DNA from: Tubiluchus corallicola
Lineage: Eukaryota > Animalia > Priapulida
NCBI GenBank assembly: GCA_030141605.1
Contig: JAQGDQ010000479.1
Location: 1 to 64,000 of the forward strand
Direction of reading: 5' to 3'
Length of the DNA stretch: 64,000 nt
Made by a program: the position numbers and the translations under genes. Below, piece by piece: positions 13,725 through 27,075 of the stretch; the stretch's first letter is position 1; the number at the start of each line of letters is the position of its first letter. The notes under the pieces are model-generated. The model searched no databases, had not been told where the DNA came from, and saw nothing but the letters and a program-made list of their open reading frames with translations.

Positions 13725-16700
13725 TCATTGAGATTTCATTGTCGAGAGTTTCCTCATCCGTGTCCTAAATACGTAAAAACTTTTCACGTATGTATGCATT
13801 CACACAAGGTAGTTATGCTGTACATTTATACTGTGCTGAAAATACAGAGGAAAGAGGTGAGAAAGAGCCGAGTGGTCACGGTGTCTGCATGGCAGGCAAT
13901 TTTGTAAATGTAAAGTTAAGCAACACCAAAACGTAGATTGGTCACCTAAATTTAGAAAAACCTAACAAAGAAATTTGCAAAGATGTCAAATTTCAAATCG
14001 GACGTTTGAAAATGTGTACGAATTTGCAAATTTCACGCCGTTTCAAATCTTTGCAGATTTCTTTGTTAGGTTTTTCTAAATTTAGATGACAGCAATAAAA
14101 GAAACCCAACATGCTAAGTGACTTGTCCTTACAAAGCGGGGAATGCCAGCACATAAGTTGTCAAAACTTTTTGACAAGAATCGCGTAATAAAATTACGTT
14201 TAAAATGACGAGTTTGTAAAATGAACAAATGTCAAGAAACGAAGAATCTGGCTTCATCTTTACCTGGCTTCACTTCTAGAACAGGTGTACTCAAACCACA
14301 TCACGTTCGGAATCAGGGTGGAATCTCTAACCATCAGGAATTCGGATATGGGCCTGCAACAGAGAAAAAAGACAATCACGTCGCATTCAGAGGTCGCCGG
14401 TTCAAATCCGGATCGGTCCCGAAACTTTCCCCTTTTCCTAGTCAAATTTGGCTTCAAAGGTTTCGCAAATGTGGCATCATATGATTATTGACCACAAATG
14501 GAGTTTTTGACATATTTGAAATTGAAGCCATTTTAACAGAGGTGAACGTCAGTCTTGTGTTTTCCGTACATATTAATTAGGGTGAATCACTTATGTACTG
14601 CACTTTGACAATTACAATAGGCTGCTGCACGTAAAACTGCCGTTTACCAAGATAATTTATTGCTGGTACAACGATGGTTTTATTAAAGGATGACAGGATG
14701 ATTTTTCATATCCTATCCCACTTTCAAGTGCCGTAAAAAGTATACATTTTAACACAATTAATACTGCAAAAATGTTTCTAATTACTAAATAATAGATCAA
14801 AATCTTAATTAACGGCAGGCGAGCCCAACTAGTGATGACATCTCAAGGTAACAATTTTCAACATCAAAAACATTCCATGAGCGTGTTGCACGTGTTTGCG
14901 AAAGCAAAAATTGAAGTACAGTGCTACTGTAAGATATTCGGTGTATTGTACTAAAACTCGGCGAGTTTCAAGACAAAAATTCAAATTTCAAATTTACCGC
15001 TGCATTTATACATGGGCTGCCTAAAGTGTGCAGTTCATCACAAACTAACACATCTGAACTGAGAAGTACAGCACTTGTTTTTTGTGAAACTAGTGCCCGT
15101 CTAATGGCGGGCATTAGCCAATGGCGAAATGCATGTAAGAACAAAGAACTAGTGGCGTGAATGCAAAACTGTGTTTGTGTGACCAGTAATAATTGCTGTA
15201 CATAAGTCACTTTTGAAAAAAATAGTATGTTTTCCTTCGACATTTTAAAGAGTAGGTTGTTTTAACCTACAGGGTTTTAATTTGGGCCCGCTTTAACCCT
15301 TTCATAGCCGTTGTATCCCGTGGGATACGAGAATATTTTCTGCTTTTAAAATTAATAAAATTTTAAAACTGACAGTTAATAGTTATTTTGATTTAAGCCA
15401 ATAACAATAGACTAAAAATGGTGATAAAATGGCAAACTAGAAAATCTACATAGCATAAAAAACTGCGCAAGGTACAGAGACGACTTTGTACAGATCAGCA
15501 TAGCATGGCATACTAAATGTCTTAAATACTTTAAAAAATTATCAGCTGTTGCAAAATGAAGCACATTTTATGCTTGCATTGAATCCCAATGCATCCCGTG
15601 GGATACAGGCTATATTTAGCATGCGGGCACGGGTAGAAAAAAATAATTATTATGTGTAAACAAGATGGATATACTGAACAAAAGTACCAAGCCAAAATTT
15701 TTTTTCTTATTAAAAAATAATTTGGGACTGAAAGGGTTAAGTGGCGACTACCGTATTATAGGATTGTCTTCGCAATATGTTTTGCTCAGACAAGGTCACT
15801 CTGTAAACTACAAGACCCATTCCACAGTATTGCTACGCAGCGGAATGAATAGATGTTGTAACATAAACTCTCACCAGGCAGCTACAGTGGAAAAACGTGG
15901 AGTTAGCACCATCATAACGAAGGCAAACCACAATATGGAATTAAGAATGCCGACCACAGCACCCCAGAACACTTGCTGGAAGGTGTGATAGTGTAAATAA
16001 ACCCTAAACGAAAGAAGCAAAAACAATTATGAATACAACAAACTATGTATAACGTGAACTGCTTTAATTCGAATCCTTGCATATCTCGAACAGATCGCGC
16101 AAACATCGAGTAACTTGAAATTCGTAGCCCTAATTATTGCATAACTCAAACCGAATTCCCAGTATAATTTATAAGAATCTAACTGAAATTACCCCGCCTA
16201 TCTCGAACAACTTCCCAAGCGAGAAATCCTATGCAAAAGAGTGCACCACATTACGATCTTAAGTTCTGTTCATTTCTGCAAAAATGCTAAGATTTCTTGT
16301 ATTACCTTAGCAGAACGCTGGACACAACATAGTCTAACGAACGAGGTTTAATAACTAGATCGCAATATTAGTGTTGCCAAATTCTATTTATTATGCTACT
16401 CAAACTACAATAAAGGTGGACCAGTCATTTTATTTTTGACTATTCATAAAAATTGATTGATATTTCATTAAAGACCCAGTTTGTCATTTTCAAAGTCGGT
16501 AGTGCATTGCCCGATGTTGCTGAGCAACTGATTTTTGTTTTCTTATTGTAGTCTGAGTAGCATAATTAATAGAATTCTGCAATAATAATATTGTGATCTG
16601 TATTAAACGATGTTCATTAAGCCATGTTGTGCACAGTGTTCTGCTAAGGCAGTCTGAGAAATCTTAGCATTTTTGGTGAAACTAACATTTAAAATTGTAA

Positions 16701-19700
16701 TGTGATGCACGTGGACCAGTCATTTCGTTCTTGATTTTTCGTAAAAATTGTTGTTCGATATTTGATTAATGCTCAGTTTGTCATTTTCACAACCTGCATT
16801 GTATTGTTGGACGTTGATGCGCGACTCAATCTTGTTTTCTTGTTGTAACTCGTACCTTCACACAACCCGAACAAATTTTCCAGTCCCGAGGTGTTCGAGT
16901 CATGTTACAATGTTCTTACCAAATCTTCCCAATTCAAAGATACTTCACGAAACACTTATGTAGAAAGTGTAATATGAACCATATAGATAATTTTAGAGAT
17001 AACAAATTCTTAAAGGACAAGAAAAGGGCCACCTGAAAGAGGTTTCAGAAAAATCGCCTTAAAATATTATATCACTTTACAGCATTTTTATGGATATAAC
17101 GTACTCGCATTAAAAGGAATCTTTGTTTGTTTTCATTTTAAATCTCCCGCAATACTGTTCCGATGGCGCCATTACATGACGTTACCTACGCTTTAAAATA
17201 CTATACTACTATACAGCATTTTTATGCATATAACATACTCGCGTTAAAAGGAATTTTTGTTTGTCTTCATTTTAAATCTCCCGTAATGATGTTCCGATGG
17301 CGCCATTACATAATGTTACTTACGCAAATGCAAACCAGGTCCCAAATGTCCCAAAAAACTTTCCATGCAAATCTATATTACATAGCATTTCGCTTACTGG
17401 CTGGAAAGACTTATGTAACTAGATATAATAATTTAAAATGTTTGTGCCAATTGGTAAAATGTCAATGCTCCAGGGTGCACCACTCACTAACCAAAAACAC
17501 ATGTTTACTCTTATTGAAAATATACACTAATTTAAGATTTTAATTAGTTATTAACATGTGTAATATGAAGTCTCTGATTATTTTTTCAAACTTTATTCAG
17601 TATCAACTAAACTTGTTTCGAATGATTTGTCGTCAAAATGGCTGCGCCTGACGGTTATTTGCTGTGAGTTTAAATTTAAAGGATTTATACTGCCGATGTA
17701 AGCCCTGTGCGCAAAAAGGTAGTACGTGATATAAACGTTCAAGACAAATTTCTTAAGATTTACGTAAGTGGACGGTTTTCTTGTGCTTTAAGTTACAGCA
17801 CTAGAAACAAGAAGGTTACATTTTGACCTAAAAGTGTTTATTGTTCATGAAATTTGCAATGGGCGTTTATTGTTACTGTTTGACGATTTTTTGAGAACAC
17901 ACCCCATTTTGCACTAATGGGACACAAATTATATCGAATGGCACAGAAAAGATGCGCCAATATTTAGACTACAATGGTATTAGAAAGAAATACCCAATAT
18001 TTAGACTACAATGGTATTAGAAAGAAATACCCAATATTTAGACTACAATGGTATTAGAAAGAAGTACCTAATATTTAGACTACAATGGTATTAGAAAGAA
18101 GTACCAAATATTTAGACTACAATGGTATTAGAAAGAAGTACCCAAATTTAGACTACAATGGTATTAGAAAGAAGTACCCAATATTTAGACTACAATGGTA
18201 TTAGAAAGAAGTACCAAATATTTAGACTACAATGGTATTAGAAAGAAGTACCAAATATTTAGACTACAATGGTATTAGAAAGAAGTACCAAATATTTAGA
18301 CTACAATGGTATTAGAAAGAAGTACCCCAGTATTTAGACTACAATGGTATTAGAAAGAAGTACCAACTATTTAGACTACAATGGTATTAGAAAGAAGTAC
18401 CAAATATTTAGACTACAATGGTATTAGAAAGAAGTACCAAATATTTAGACTACAATGGTATTAGAAAGAAGTACCAAATATTTAGACTACAATGGTATTA
18501 GAAAGAAGTACCCAATATTTAGACTACAATGGTATTAGAAAGAAGTACCCAATATTTAGACTACAATGGTATTAGAAAGAAGTACCCAAATTTAGACTAC
18601 AACAAATTTCAACACAACAGTGTTGTTATCGTTGTGAACGACCGAAAACCATAAAAATACATTTAATTTGCAATTAGATTAATAACCTGTAAAACCGCTA
18701 TTACTGTAGTACATATGGCTTCTATCTATCTCTTACCTATTCTGAAAATGGGCTTAACCTAATAGTGAACGGTTGCTCTAGTTTTGCTATATTCTGTACT
18801 ACTAGTTGGCTTCTACAAGACATTATATGCAGACATCATTTGACCTATATTTCTATGAAAACTTCTGTTTCAATAAATGTTAAAAGTACATTCTACTGTT
18901 ATACCTTTTGTCAGCAAGACAGTTGTAATTTAACAGAGTGATATTACAATACATTAATGTTTGGCTATGAAAGTTACAAGTCCATAGTTTTAGTAGTTTT
19001 TAAGAAAAATGTTTGCATGTTAAAAAATTAAATGCCGGTACAATACCAGTTAATCATCGGTTATTAGTATTGAACCCTGGCAGTCACAAGCCGTTTACTG
19101 ACCAGTTCTGGTGTTGCTTAACTTTTGTCACAAAGCACGAGTGTCTGTTCATGACTGCTGGAAGACTTTGCCTAATGGTAAATGGCAGCAGTAGGCATAC
19201 CTTGCATAGGAAACGAGAACGCCTAGTCCCAAGGATAGAAAAGTAACCCCGCAACGCCAGGCATTATCCAACGTTGTGCTTGGCCGATGTATCCTGAAAA
19301 ATTCCAAGTAACGGAAAAGATAAATAAAACACTAGAGTGACAATCTAGAGCAGCATTCATACCGAATACAGACTGGGTTCACACCATTTCTAGCTATCAG
19401 AGAACTGGGTATTAACAATAAAAATTCCCACGTTTTAAGGTCAAATACAGCATGCTTAATGAAGTTTCAGTTTAACACAAAAATAGAAAGAAAATACTCT
19501 AGTACACTAAAATTTTCCGATACTTTGAACTTTTTGTTGACGGCTTTATATAAGAGAAAAGCAAGTGTGAAGGTGTCACTTTTGAAGAAAATCTGGAACT
19601 TGATTTTGTGCATTTTACTCGTAAGACGGCGCCAGGAAAATTCAGTGCTTAGTGATGACAGTGTTTGAGTTTGGTTATCACACTATATTTTGCTGTGCAG

Positions 19701-22700
19701 CATTGTAGACGAATTTCGTCTCATAGCTTGCATTTGCTATTACGGATGACGTTAGATCGCATACCTGATAAATACAAACATTAACATATAAGAGGCGAAA
19801 AACCACATGAACTGTGAATGACTAGAAGGCATCCCGTACTCAGTAAAAGTAGTCTCGTGACCTGAAAATTAAAAAATGTCATCTGTAACTAATGATAGAC
19901 ACATTAATCATTCATCCATAAACTGGACAAACTGACAGTTTTTGCTTCCAGTGTAGGTGTTAGGGTGAACATTCTCTTCCAGAAAGCGAATGCGTATCAA
20001 ACCAAATTTGTGACCTTTGAATTCGAATCAAACCCAATTTTAGCATTTTCGAATCCGAATTCAGTTTTAAAGATTTCCGAATAAATTGCAAAGTTACTAA
20101 CAAAACGAGGTCTCACTATGATCATGCATATTACTTGTTTTTGGTCTGCAGTAAAAACGTTAAAATTTTGCACAGAAATTGTAGCTAAATTGGGCTGATT
20201 ACATGACGTTTCAAACGTTTTAATGATAAAGAACGTACGGCAAATAGAACCGAGAGCAGCACCGTTTCAGCCGAGCTCTAGCCGGTTTATTTCTACAATC
20301 GACCTAGTCGATAAGAAACCCAGCTATAATCGCGCCAGCCACTCAGTGATGGGAGTCGAGTTAGCCGACATTTTTGCCGGCAGCAAAGATTTTCGGTGTT
20401 CTGATAATCACGTGACACTGCAAATCACTGGTTGAAATACGGCAAACGCATTGCGGATTTGCGGTCAGATTGTGCGTGTGCTGACAAAGATACTAAACTT
20501 TAGAAATTTTTCAACAAGAAAGCAGTTCAAGTCAAAATTAAATTCACTGATAGAAAAACCTAAGTCACACGTATGGGATCACTGTGGTGTTCAAGATAAG
20601 TCACACGTATGGGATCACTGTGGTGTGCAAGATAAATCACACGTATGGGATCACTGTGGTGTTCAAGATAAGTCACACGTATGGGATCACTGTGGTGTTC
20701 AAGATAAGTCTCACGTATGGGATCACCGTGGTGTTCAAGATAAGTCACACGTATGGGATCACTGTGGTGTTCAAGATAAGTCACACGTATGGGATCACTG
20801 TGGTGTTCAAGATAAGTCACACGTATGGGATCACTGTGGTGTTCAAGATAAGTCACACGTATGGGATCACTGTGGTGTTCAAGATAAAGCCTGCCAAGAG
20901 CTGGACTTTATAACAATAAAAAAATGATCTCTAATACATTATTTGAATTTATACATCAGGTTTTTTCTGTGTTTAAACAACTCGAATTATTTTAAAAAAT
21001 GTCTCGATAATTAACAGTTAATTAACAACAGCCAAGAGAGCTGCACAAGCAGCCAACGGCTAGAGGGCGGAGGAGGTCAAGTGACCCAACGGCCATGTGT
21101 AGAGGAGTAAACCTTCCAAATGAGGAGTGGAGCCCCGAAGGCGGACTCACTGACTCCGGCAGCTCCTGCAGCCAACCTGGTGCCAAACGTATCGCTCCGC
21201 GTTCCTTTGGCCTACACCAGGGAGGAAGAGAGGGGGTTCCTATTGTCTGGGCAACTCAGGATCTCCACACACCTTGCCCAGGTGTGTGCCCTGGAGAGGC
21301 CATTCCAGTGGTTCAAGGATCGGGCTGCTCAGCCACAGTCCACGCTGCAGCTTCATCAATGTGATCAATAACTGACTCTCTTGGCGCACACTCCATTGTC
21401 TTCCGAGACAGAAGGATGCCAACAACAATAACTTATCATTTATCTAGTTAACAGAAATTTGCAGCTTTGGCTGACTTAGCTGATTTTTTCTTTAAGCCAA
21501 CTCAGCTGAAAAGACAGCCAACCTCAGCCAAGTTAGCTAATTTACTGTGTGTGTCAGCTGATGTAGTACCAACTAACCCAGCTTCAACCTCTAATGATAT
21601 ATTGATACACTAATAAATACATACTTACCATGAGGTGGTCTGGATTCCTTGAAAATATGTTTTAGCACATAATTAATTATTTCATTGCATATCAGACCAC
21701 AGAAAAACGAAAGCTGAAAATATAAATAAACAAAATAAAAGATTAAAAGAAAACGTGATGCTTTTCACATCCTGCTGCATTTTTCATATCCATCCCAAAT
21801 TTGAAGTACAGTAAAAAGTATACATTTTAACACCTATTTTAATACCAAAACATTTTTGGTAATTAAATAATAGGCTAAAAACTTAATTAATGACCGGCGA
21901 AGCCAGTTAGTAATGACATCACAACTGAACATAATTCCAAACAGCGCAAACATTCCACGATCGTGTTGCGTAAGCGAAAGTGAAAATTGAAAAACAGTGC
22001 TACTATACAATATTTACTGATAGATACAAAAACTAAGCAAATTTTACATTTAAAATTTAAATTTCAAGTTTACCGCTCTGCTCACGCATCGCAATTCAAA
22101 ATTCAAAAAGTGGCTTATAGCAGCATTTTAATTTTGCTCCTCCGTAGAAATACAGTTTGTGTTGAGCTTCGTCTTTGAACAAACAGCAATAAACCATTTT
22201 CTGATTTTTTTTACTACCAGGGCAGAATGGGATGTAGCACTACATGACTTTCTTAAACATATTAATGCCTTAAACTAAATATATATATCTTTCTCCAAAG
22301 TACCATTTTATCCTAAATGTGAACTGACAAAGACATCACAAAAAGTTTGTTAAACATTTGTAGAACGATTTGTGTGGGTGTCAGCAAAATTTGTAAAACC
22401 AAGTCGCGAAATTATTTTGGTGGTCAGAAACAATAAGTCCTCGCTTAACGACTCTCCATATAGCGACATTGAATCGTTTTAACGAAGCCGAACATTTGAA
22501 GACCTTTTTCACTTAACGACGCGCTGTTTCATTTTAGCGACAATTTTTTACTTTGCTCTAAGCCATTTTTTATGTTATCATAAACTTTTTTTATCTAATT
22601 TGATGCATTAAAACAGCACCTATTGCATTATTCCGTTCTAAAAATGCACTAGTAATGTAAACAGTGCAATTATTATACAAGTTCACGTTTTTGCTTCCCG

Positions 22701-24440
22701 ACTGACCACTAAATTTGGCATTTTGTATCAAGCGAGATCTGCCTGATACCGAGTTTTGCCTGCAACCGGTTGCTATACTAGACAATATTACACCAATCAG
22801 ACTAGATAAAATTCCCAAGGTCGCCCAGCCCTAAGGCTTTGACTGCTGCAGAGATTGTAGTGATTATTGTATTGTTAGATCGCTGCTTACTCTTAAATGT
22901 TAACAAAAGAGAAACCGTTAGCCACTGCCTACTCTTAAATGTTAACGAAAGAGAAACCGTTAACCACTGCCTACTCTTAAATGTTAACAAAAGAGAAACC
23001 GTTAGCCACGGCCTACTCTTAAATGTTAACGAAAGAAAAACCGTTAACCACTGCCTACTCTCAAATGTTACCAAAAGAGAAACCGTTAACCACTGCCTAC
23101 TCTTAAATGTTAACGAAAGAGAAACCTTTAGCCGCTGCCTACTCTTAAATGTTAACGAAAGAGAAACCATTAATCACTGCCTACTCTTAAATGTTAACGA
23201 AAGAGAAACCGTTAACCACTGCCTTCACTTAAATGTTAACAAAAGAGAAACCGTTAACCGCTGCCTACTCTTAAATGTTAACGAAAGAGAAACCGTTAAC
23301 CGCTGCCTACTCTTAAATGTTAGCGAAAGAGAAACCGAAGGCTAGGTAGGTAAGATATATACGTGATTTAAAACAAACAGAAAAAAGTGAAGCAGCAGAA
23401 ACATGAATAAACTCATAAATCTTTTACTTATATTATTTAAGTATCATTGATTTTTGCCTCTGGAACGTATCTTAGGACTTTACATTACTTTCTTTGGAAC
23501 TCTTGGCTTCGTTTAACAGTGTTTCGCTTAACGTCGTGTTTCGCTGGAACTCACTAGCATCGTTAAGTGAGGACTGACTGTATGTGTAAAGTTGCAATTC
23601 AAAATAAACCTTGTAAAACTTACCGTGTGTAAATCTCTTCGAAACAAGATCAAGGTCGTAAAGCCCACGATTATTGCTATAGGTAAAAGGCACAACCAGG
23701 CCAAAAAGTAGCCTATGACATCTCCTGAAAGAACAATGTTCAGCTGGGGTGAAGATTCTCTACCAGAAAATAAATTCAAATCGAATAGAACTTTTAGCTT
23801 TTGAACTCGAATCAAACTGAATTCGAGTCCGAATTTAGCTTTAAGCACTTTTGAAAACACTAATAATCTGTTGAAAAACTGCGCAAAAAAAAACTCCAGC
23901 TAAATTGGGCTGTAGTAACAAATGTTTTAATGATAAAGAATGTACGCTGTATGCGAGCAAATTATGCGATCAAATTTAATTCATTTCTTTTGTAGAACTA
24001 GGACATTAATTTAATCAGGGTAATTTTGCATAGATAAAATAGGCCTAAACGGGACTTTCAAAATGCGCATTTGCATCAATGTCTAGTATTAACAAAATGT
24101 TCACGCAGATGCTTCAATCAAGCATGTTTTTATCAAAACGAAAATTTTTTTCACAAAAGATAAAGTAAAAAGGGAACAGCGTTTACGTGACCAACGGGCC
24201 TTCTGCTGCTGCTACTCATTTTCCACAGTACAAGTTAAAATTGCTAAAAACTGCTTTTTATGTGAAACTAATATTGAGTGAATAAAACTGTCTGAATTGA
24301 ACCAATAATCTAATAATAAGTAGCTAAAACCTCAACAGTCAACAGCCAAATTTACCCTTAGGATATTCAACATGAGTAAGAGATATTGGCTTCCAAAACA
24401 TTTCCTGTGCTTCATTTCCATGCAATTTTAGTTCGTCCAT
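13725..24440 (-). CDS. DOLPP1: Dolichyldiphosphatase 1 (PAP2 family), 8 exons: 24440-24356, 23724-23624, 21713-21629, 19861-19765, 19293-19201, 16003-15875, 14353-14264, 13764-13725; 239 aa
   Basis: Spliced translation contains [34 protein letters not shown] (PAP2 motif 1), [10 protein letters not shown] (motif 2), [15 protein letters not shown] (motif 3) and [14 protein letters not shown], matching recalled DOLPP1. All introns are GT-AG and in phase. Confidence 0.95.
14687..15292. mobile_element. About 600-bp TTAA-flanked dispersed element family B (Kolobok-like)
   Basis: TTAA|AGGATG..GCT|TTAA. Related copies at about 9225-9810, 9840-9968, 21740-22090, 32353-32956, 38708-39272 and 63122-63698. 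Confidence 0.75.
15297..15736. mobile_element. piggyBac-like MITE (inverted copy 39290-39745; 3' fragment 50169-50316)
   Basis: TTAA|CCCTTTCA...TGAAAGGG|TTAA. CCC/GGG termini with TTAA TSD, and an internal palindrome gtatcccgtgggatac. Confidence 0.8.
17014..17787. mobile_element. Kolobok/T2-like MITE family A (other partial copies about 199-666 and 62305-62929 inverted)
   Basis: TTAA|AGGACAAGAAAA ... TTTTCTTGTGCT|TTAA termini, with shared internal sequence among three copies. Confidence 0.7.
17957..18602. repeat. 37-bp minisatellite CCAAATATTTAGACTACAATGGTATTAGAAAGAAGTA, about 17 copies (DOLPP1 intron 5)
   Basis: Near-identical tandem units. Confidence 0.95.
20561..20887. repeat. 36-bp minisatellite TAAGTCACACGTATGGGATCACTGTGGTGTTCAAGA x9 (DOLPP1 intron 3)
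   Basis: Tandem units that produce 12-aa periodic ORFs in several frames. Confidence 0.95.
21030..21430 (+). mobile_element. SINE-like non-autonomous retroelement, probably RTE-related
   Basis: GC-rich, about 400 bp, ending GGCGCACACTCCATTGTCTTCCGAGACAGAAGGATGCC(AAC)n, which resembles recalled RTE/BovB-type 3' ends. A second copy lies inverted at 36794-37215. Confidence 0.65.
21740..22090. mobile_element. Partial family B copy in DOLPP1 intron 2
   Basis: Same internal motifs as 14687-15292, truncated. Confidence 0.6.
22878..23338. repeat. 42-bp minisatellite CCACTGCCTACTCTTAAATGTTAACGAAAGAGAAACCGTTAA, about 11 copies (DOLPP1 intron 2)
   Basis: Tandem units that produce 14-aa periodic ORFs. 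Confidence 0.95.
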
Positions 24441-25004
24441 GATGCAGTCTCACATTTGCCATCCAATAATTGCTATTGGTAAATTTAAACACAAACTTAG
24501 AAATAAAGGCGAAATAAATATAAAAAGGATAAGCCGTTAGATTTATTATATAAATAATATTAATGCATATTATATAATATTCATCAACATATCCGACTTC
24601 GGCCATACAGCATGCATTTCCGACGGGAGCGCCGCTTACTGACGACAGAAATAACTAAAGTCCATCATATATATATATGACTTGCGTTTGATTGTGGTTA
24701 AAAATCTAAAATTCTGTATGATTTTTTCCTAAACTTCGTAATGATTTTCATATTAGGCTATTACTTTTCTTATTTGCATTAGCAGATTTTACTGGTTAAA
24801 CGTCAAGGAATCTCTCAGTAATACGTGTCATGTTCCGTCAAAGACGCCCTTTTAGCATCACCATATCTATGGCCATAATGCTCATTTTTAATGTTGGCAA
24901 ACAGAGGACAGCACCTGTATAGTACTAGAGTACAGTTAGAACCGGTAATTTATAGTGTACACTGTGTTATAAATGTTGTAAATTATTTAAATTGCGATTT
25001 TTTG
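24441..25004. promoter_or_regulatory. Probable bidirectional promoter and 5' UTRs shared by DOLPP1 and BRCC3
   Basis: Divergent start codons about 565 bp apart. No transposon copies were seen in the interval. A small GC/CpG-richer patch lies near 24590-24650. Confidence 0.6.
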
Positions 25005-25986
25005 ATGGAAATGAATGTTCCGTACGTCAAACTAGAGGCAGATGCCTTTATGGTGTGTTTAACACATGCCTTATCAACAGAAAGAGAGGAAATTATGGGT
25101 TTGTGCATTGGAGAAGTTGATGAAAATAGGATCTCGCACATTTCTACAGTAATGATGCTTCGAAGGTGACAGAAATATATTTAAAATACGTGATTGATAT
25201 TGATTGTTTGCGATTGGTTATTTTATGTTAATAACTAGCTGTATTTATATAAAGTAGTTGCGATCTAGTTTCTTATCTCAGGTGAAATAAACAAGCTTAA
25301 TTAGTGATAATTAGCTTTTATCAAATTCTAATCTTAATGTTTTTAGATCAGACAAAAGGCAGGATCGAGTAGAGATTTCACCAGAGCAGCTATCAGATGC
25401 TTCCACACAAGCAGAAATCCTCTCACATGAGCTTGGTCGTCCTATGCGGGTCGTAGGCTGGTACCATTCACACCCACACATAACTGTATGGCCGTCGCAC
25501 GTAGACGTTCAGACTCAGGCGATGTATCAGATGATGGACGAGTGCTTCGTAGGACTGATTTTCTCCGTCTTTAACGAGGACAAAAAAACAAAACAGCAGA
25601 AAGTTCAGTTAACGTGTTTCCAATCGATAAACCAAAGTCCCGAAGGGGAACCGCCGCAGTATATTAGACTGGAAGTGCCGATATGTATAAGTCGTTCCAA
25701 AAGCCTTAGTTCACAGAACTTAAATGCCCTGGTAAACTTGCCGCGTATTTTGACAATCGAGGAACATGAAGCGTACTCAAAAGTCTGTGGTCTTCCTGAC
25801 CTGGACATAGTAGCAAAATTGCACAACAGTGCCGTGTACACCAAGTCTGTGTGTCACGTGATAAACATTAAGAGCGGGCCGCTTATACAAATGCTGGAGA
25901 ACAGACTGCAGATGAATCAGCAGAAAATCGAAGAGCTAACCGACCACAAGCAGAAACTAGAACAAGAATTAAAGAGTTTGTCGTAA
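25005..25986 (+). CDS. BRCC3: Lys-63-specific deubiquitinase BRCC36 (JAMM/MPN+), 2 coding exons: 25005-25165 and 25347-25986; about 266 aa
   Basis: VCLTHALSTEREEIMGLCIGE, spliced RRSDKRQDRVEISPEQLS, JAMM motif GWYHSHPHITVWPSHVD and a C-terminal coiled coil. The intron is gtgac..ttttag, phase 2. The start could be 25005 or 25011. Confidence 0.95.
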
Positions 25987-26318
25987 AATGTAGTTCGACT
26001 TTCGAGTCGCTTTAGTAAGAACTACAGTCTAGAATCCTCTTAGTGGGCCTAAATTCTTTCCATGATGTTTTCCAGTGTTGATTCTGTGCCGAATCAAAAG
26101 CTATGCGCACCAATCGTTGAGCAGTTTTAATTAGCGACACCGTTTACATTTACAAATGACGTAGTTTGCAAAGTATTGTTAACATTTGCAAATTGTTGGT
26201 TGCTGAATTGCACACGTACATTGTCTAAATAGAAAGGATAGTAAAAACACTTTCTCGTTAATACTAATTATAATACAAACTCTAACGCCAGCGCTTTTTG
26301 AGAACCCCGTAGCTTTAA

Positions 26319-27075
26319 AGGAAACAACCTTTAAAGGATGATAGTGTAAAGTTTAGAATAACGAATGCTCTAAAATATTGAAAACTACAATAGTTTAAGC
26401 TTAGATTAAATAATAATTACCCCGGATATTCAAATTTCGTTAAACTTTCAAAGCCATGTGCGGCTTAGTGAATCTACTAAGCTTGGCAGCTGCGCCTTTT
26501 TGTCACATTTGCATGGCTGACAAATAGAAGGAGGTACCGTGATAACCATAATCATGAACCGCTGTGTTGGTTTCATGACGTCATATGATGTAAAGCCCAT
26601 TTTTCGTGACATCATGCGCTTAAGCAGTACTGTAACACCTACGCAAGGGAAAACGCCTGCCATTGCACAAACTGTGGTTAGTTTCTGACGTCTGCAATAG
26701 CTGTGTTCGGTTGCCGTTAATTAACTTTCTAATTATTCAAACATTGTTAACTTTTATAGGCAAGAACATGCACATTTCGGACAGTAATTTAAAATGAGAT
26801 TGAGTGTAAACGATCGTCTGGTCTTCTTTTAATGGAAATACTAAGCCTTCTGGGAAGTTAGGTTTATTATAATGTTCGCAATAAACATTAGAAGGATTTA
26901 GTAATAAAAGTGTTATAAGTGTCTCGTGTAATTTGTAATGTGTCTCTCATTTTGAACGCCCATTTTTCCACCAATGGCGTCGATAATTGATCGAATAAAA
27001 GCAGCGTACTGTCAGTTTACGTCAAAAGTATAAAAAGTTCGTACAACAAATTCAAAAGCTACTTCCGGTCTTCCT
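26319..27075. mobile_element. TTAA-flanked Kolobok-like element family D (second copy about 31192-31957)
   Basis: TTAA|AGGAAA..CCGGTCTTCCT|TTAA. About 700 bp is closely similar to 31192-31957. Confidence 0.75.

Noticed and set aside
17957-18602. 29-42-bp repeat arrays resembling CRISPR (also 12198, 20561, 22878)
   Set aside because: Units are contiguous with no unique spacers, there are no cas genes, and the context is eukaryotic and mostly intronic.
20451-20927. ORF with His/Cys-rich [12 protein letters not shown] repeats (also the 22839-23345 and 40404-40904 periodic ORFs)
   Set aside because: By-product of minisatellites whose unit length is a multiple of 3. They are open in several frames and lie antisense within DOLPP1 introns or inside a MITE.
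24891-25004. N-terminal extension of BRCC3 from the ATG at 24891
   Set aside because: No similarity to recalled BRCC36 N-termini. It is probably 5' UTR or intron sequence.
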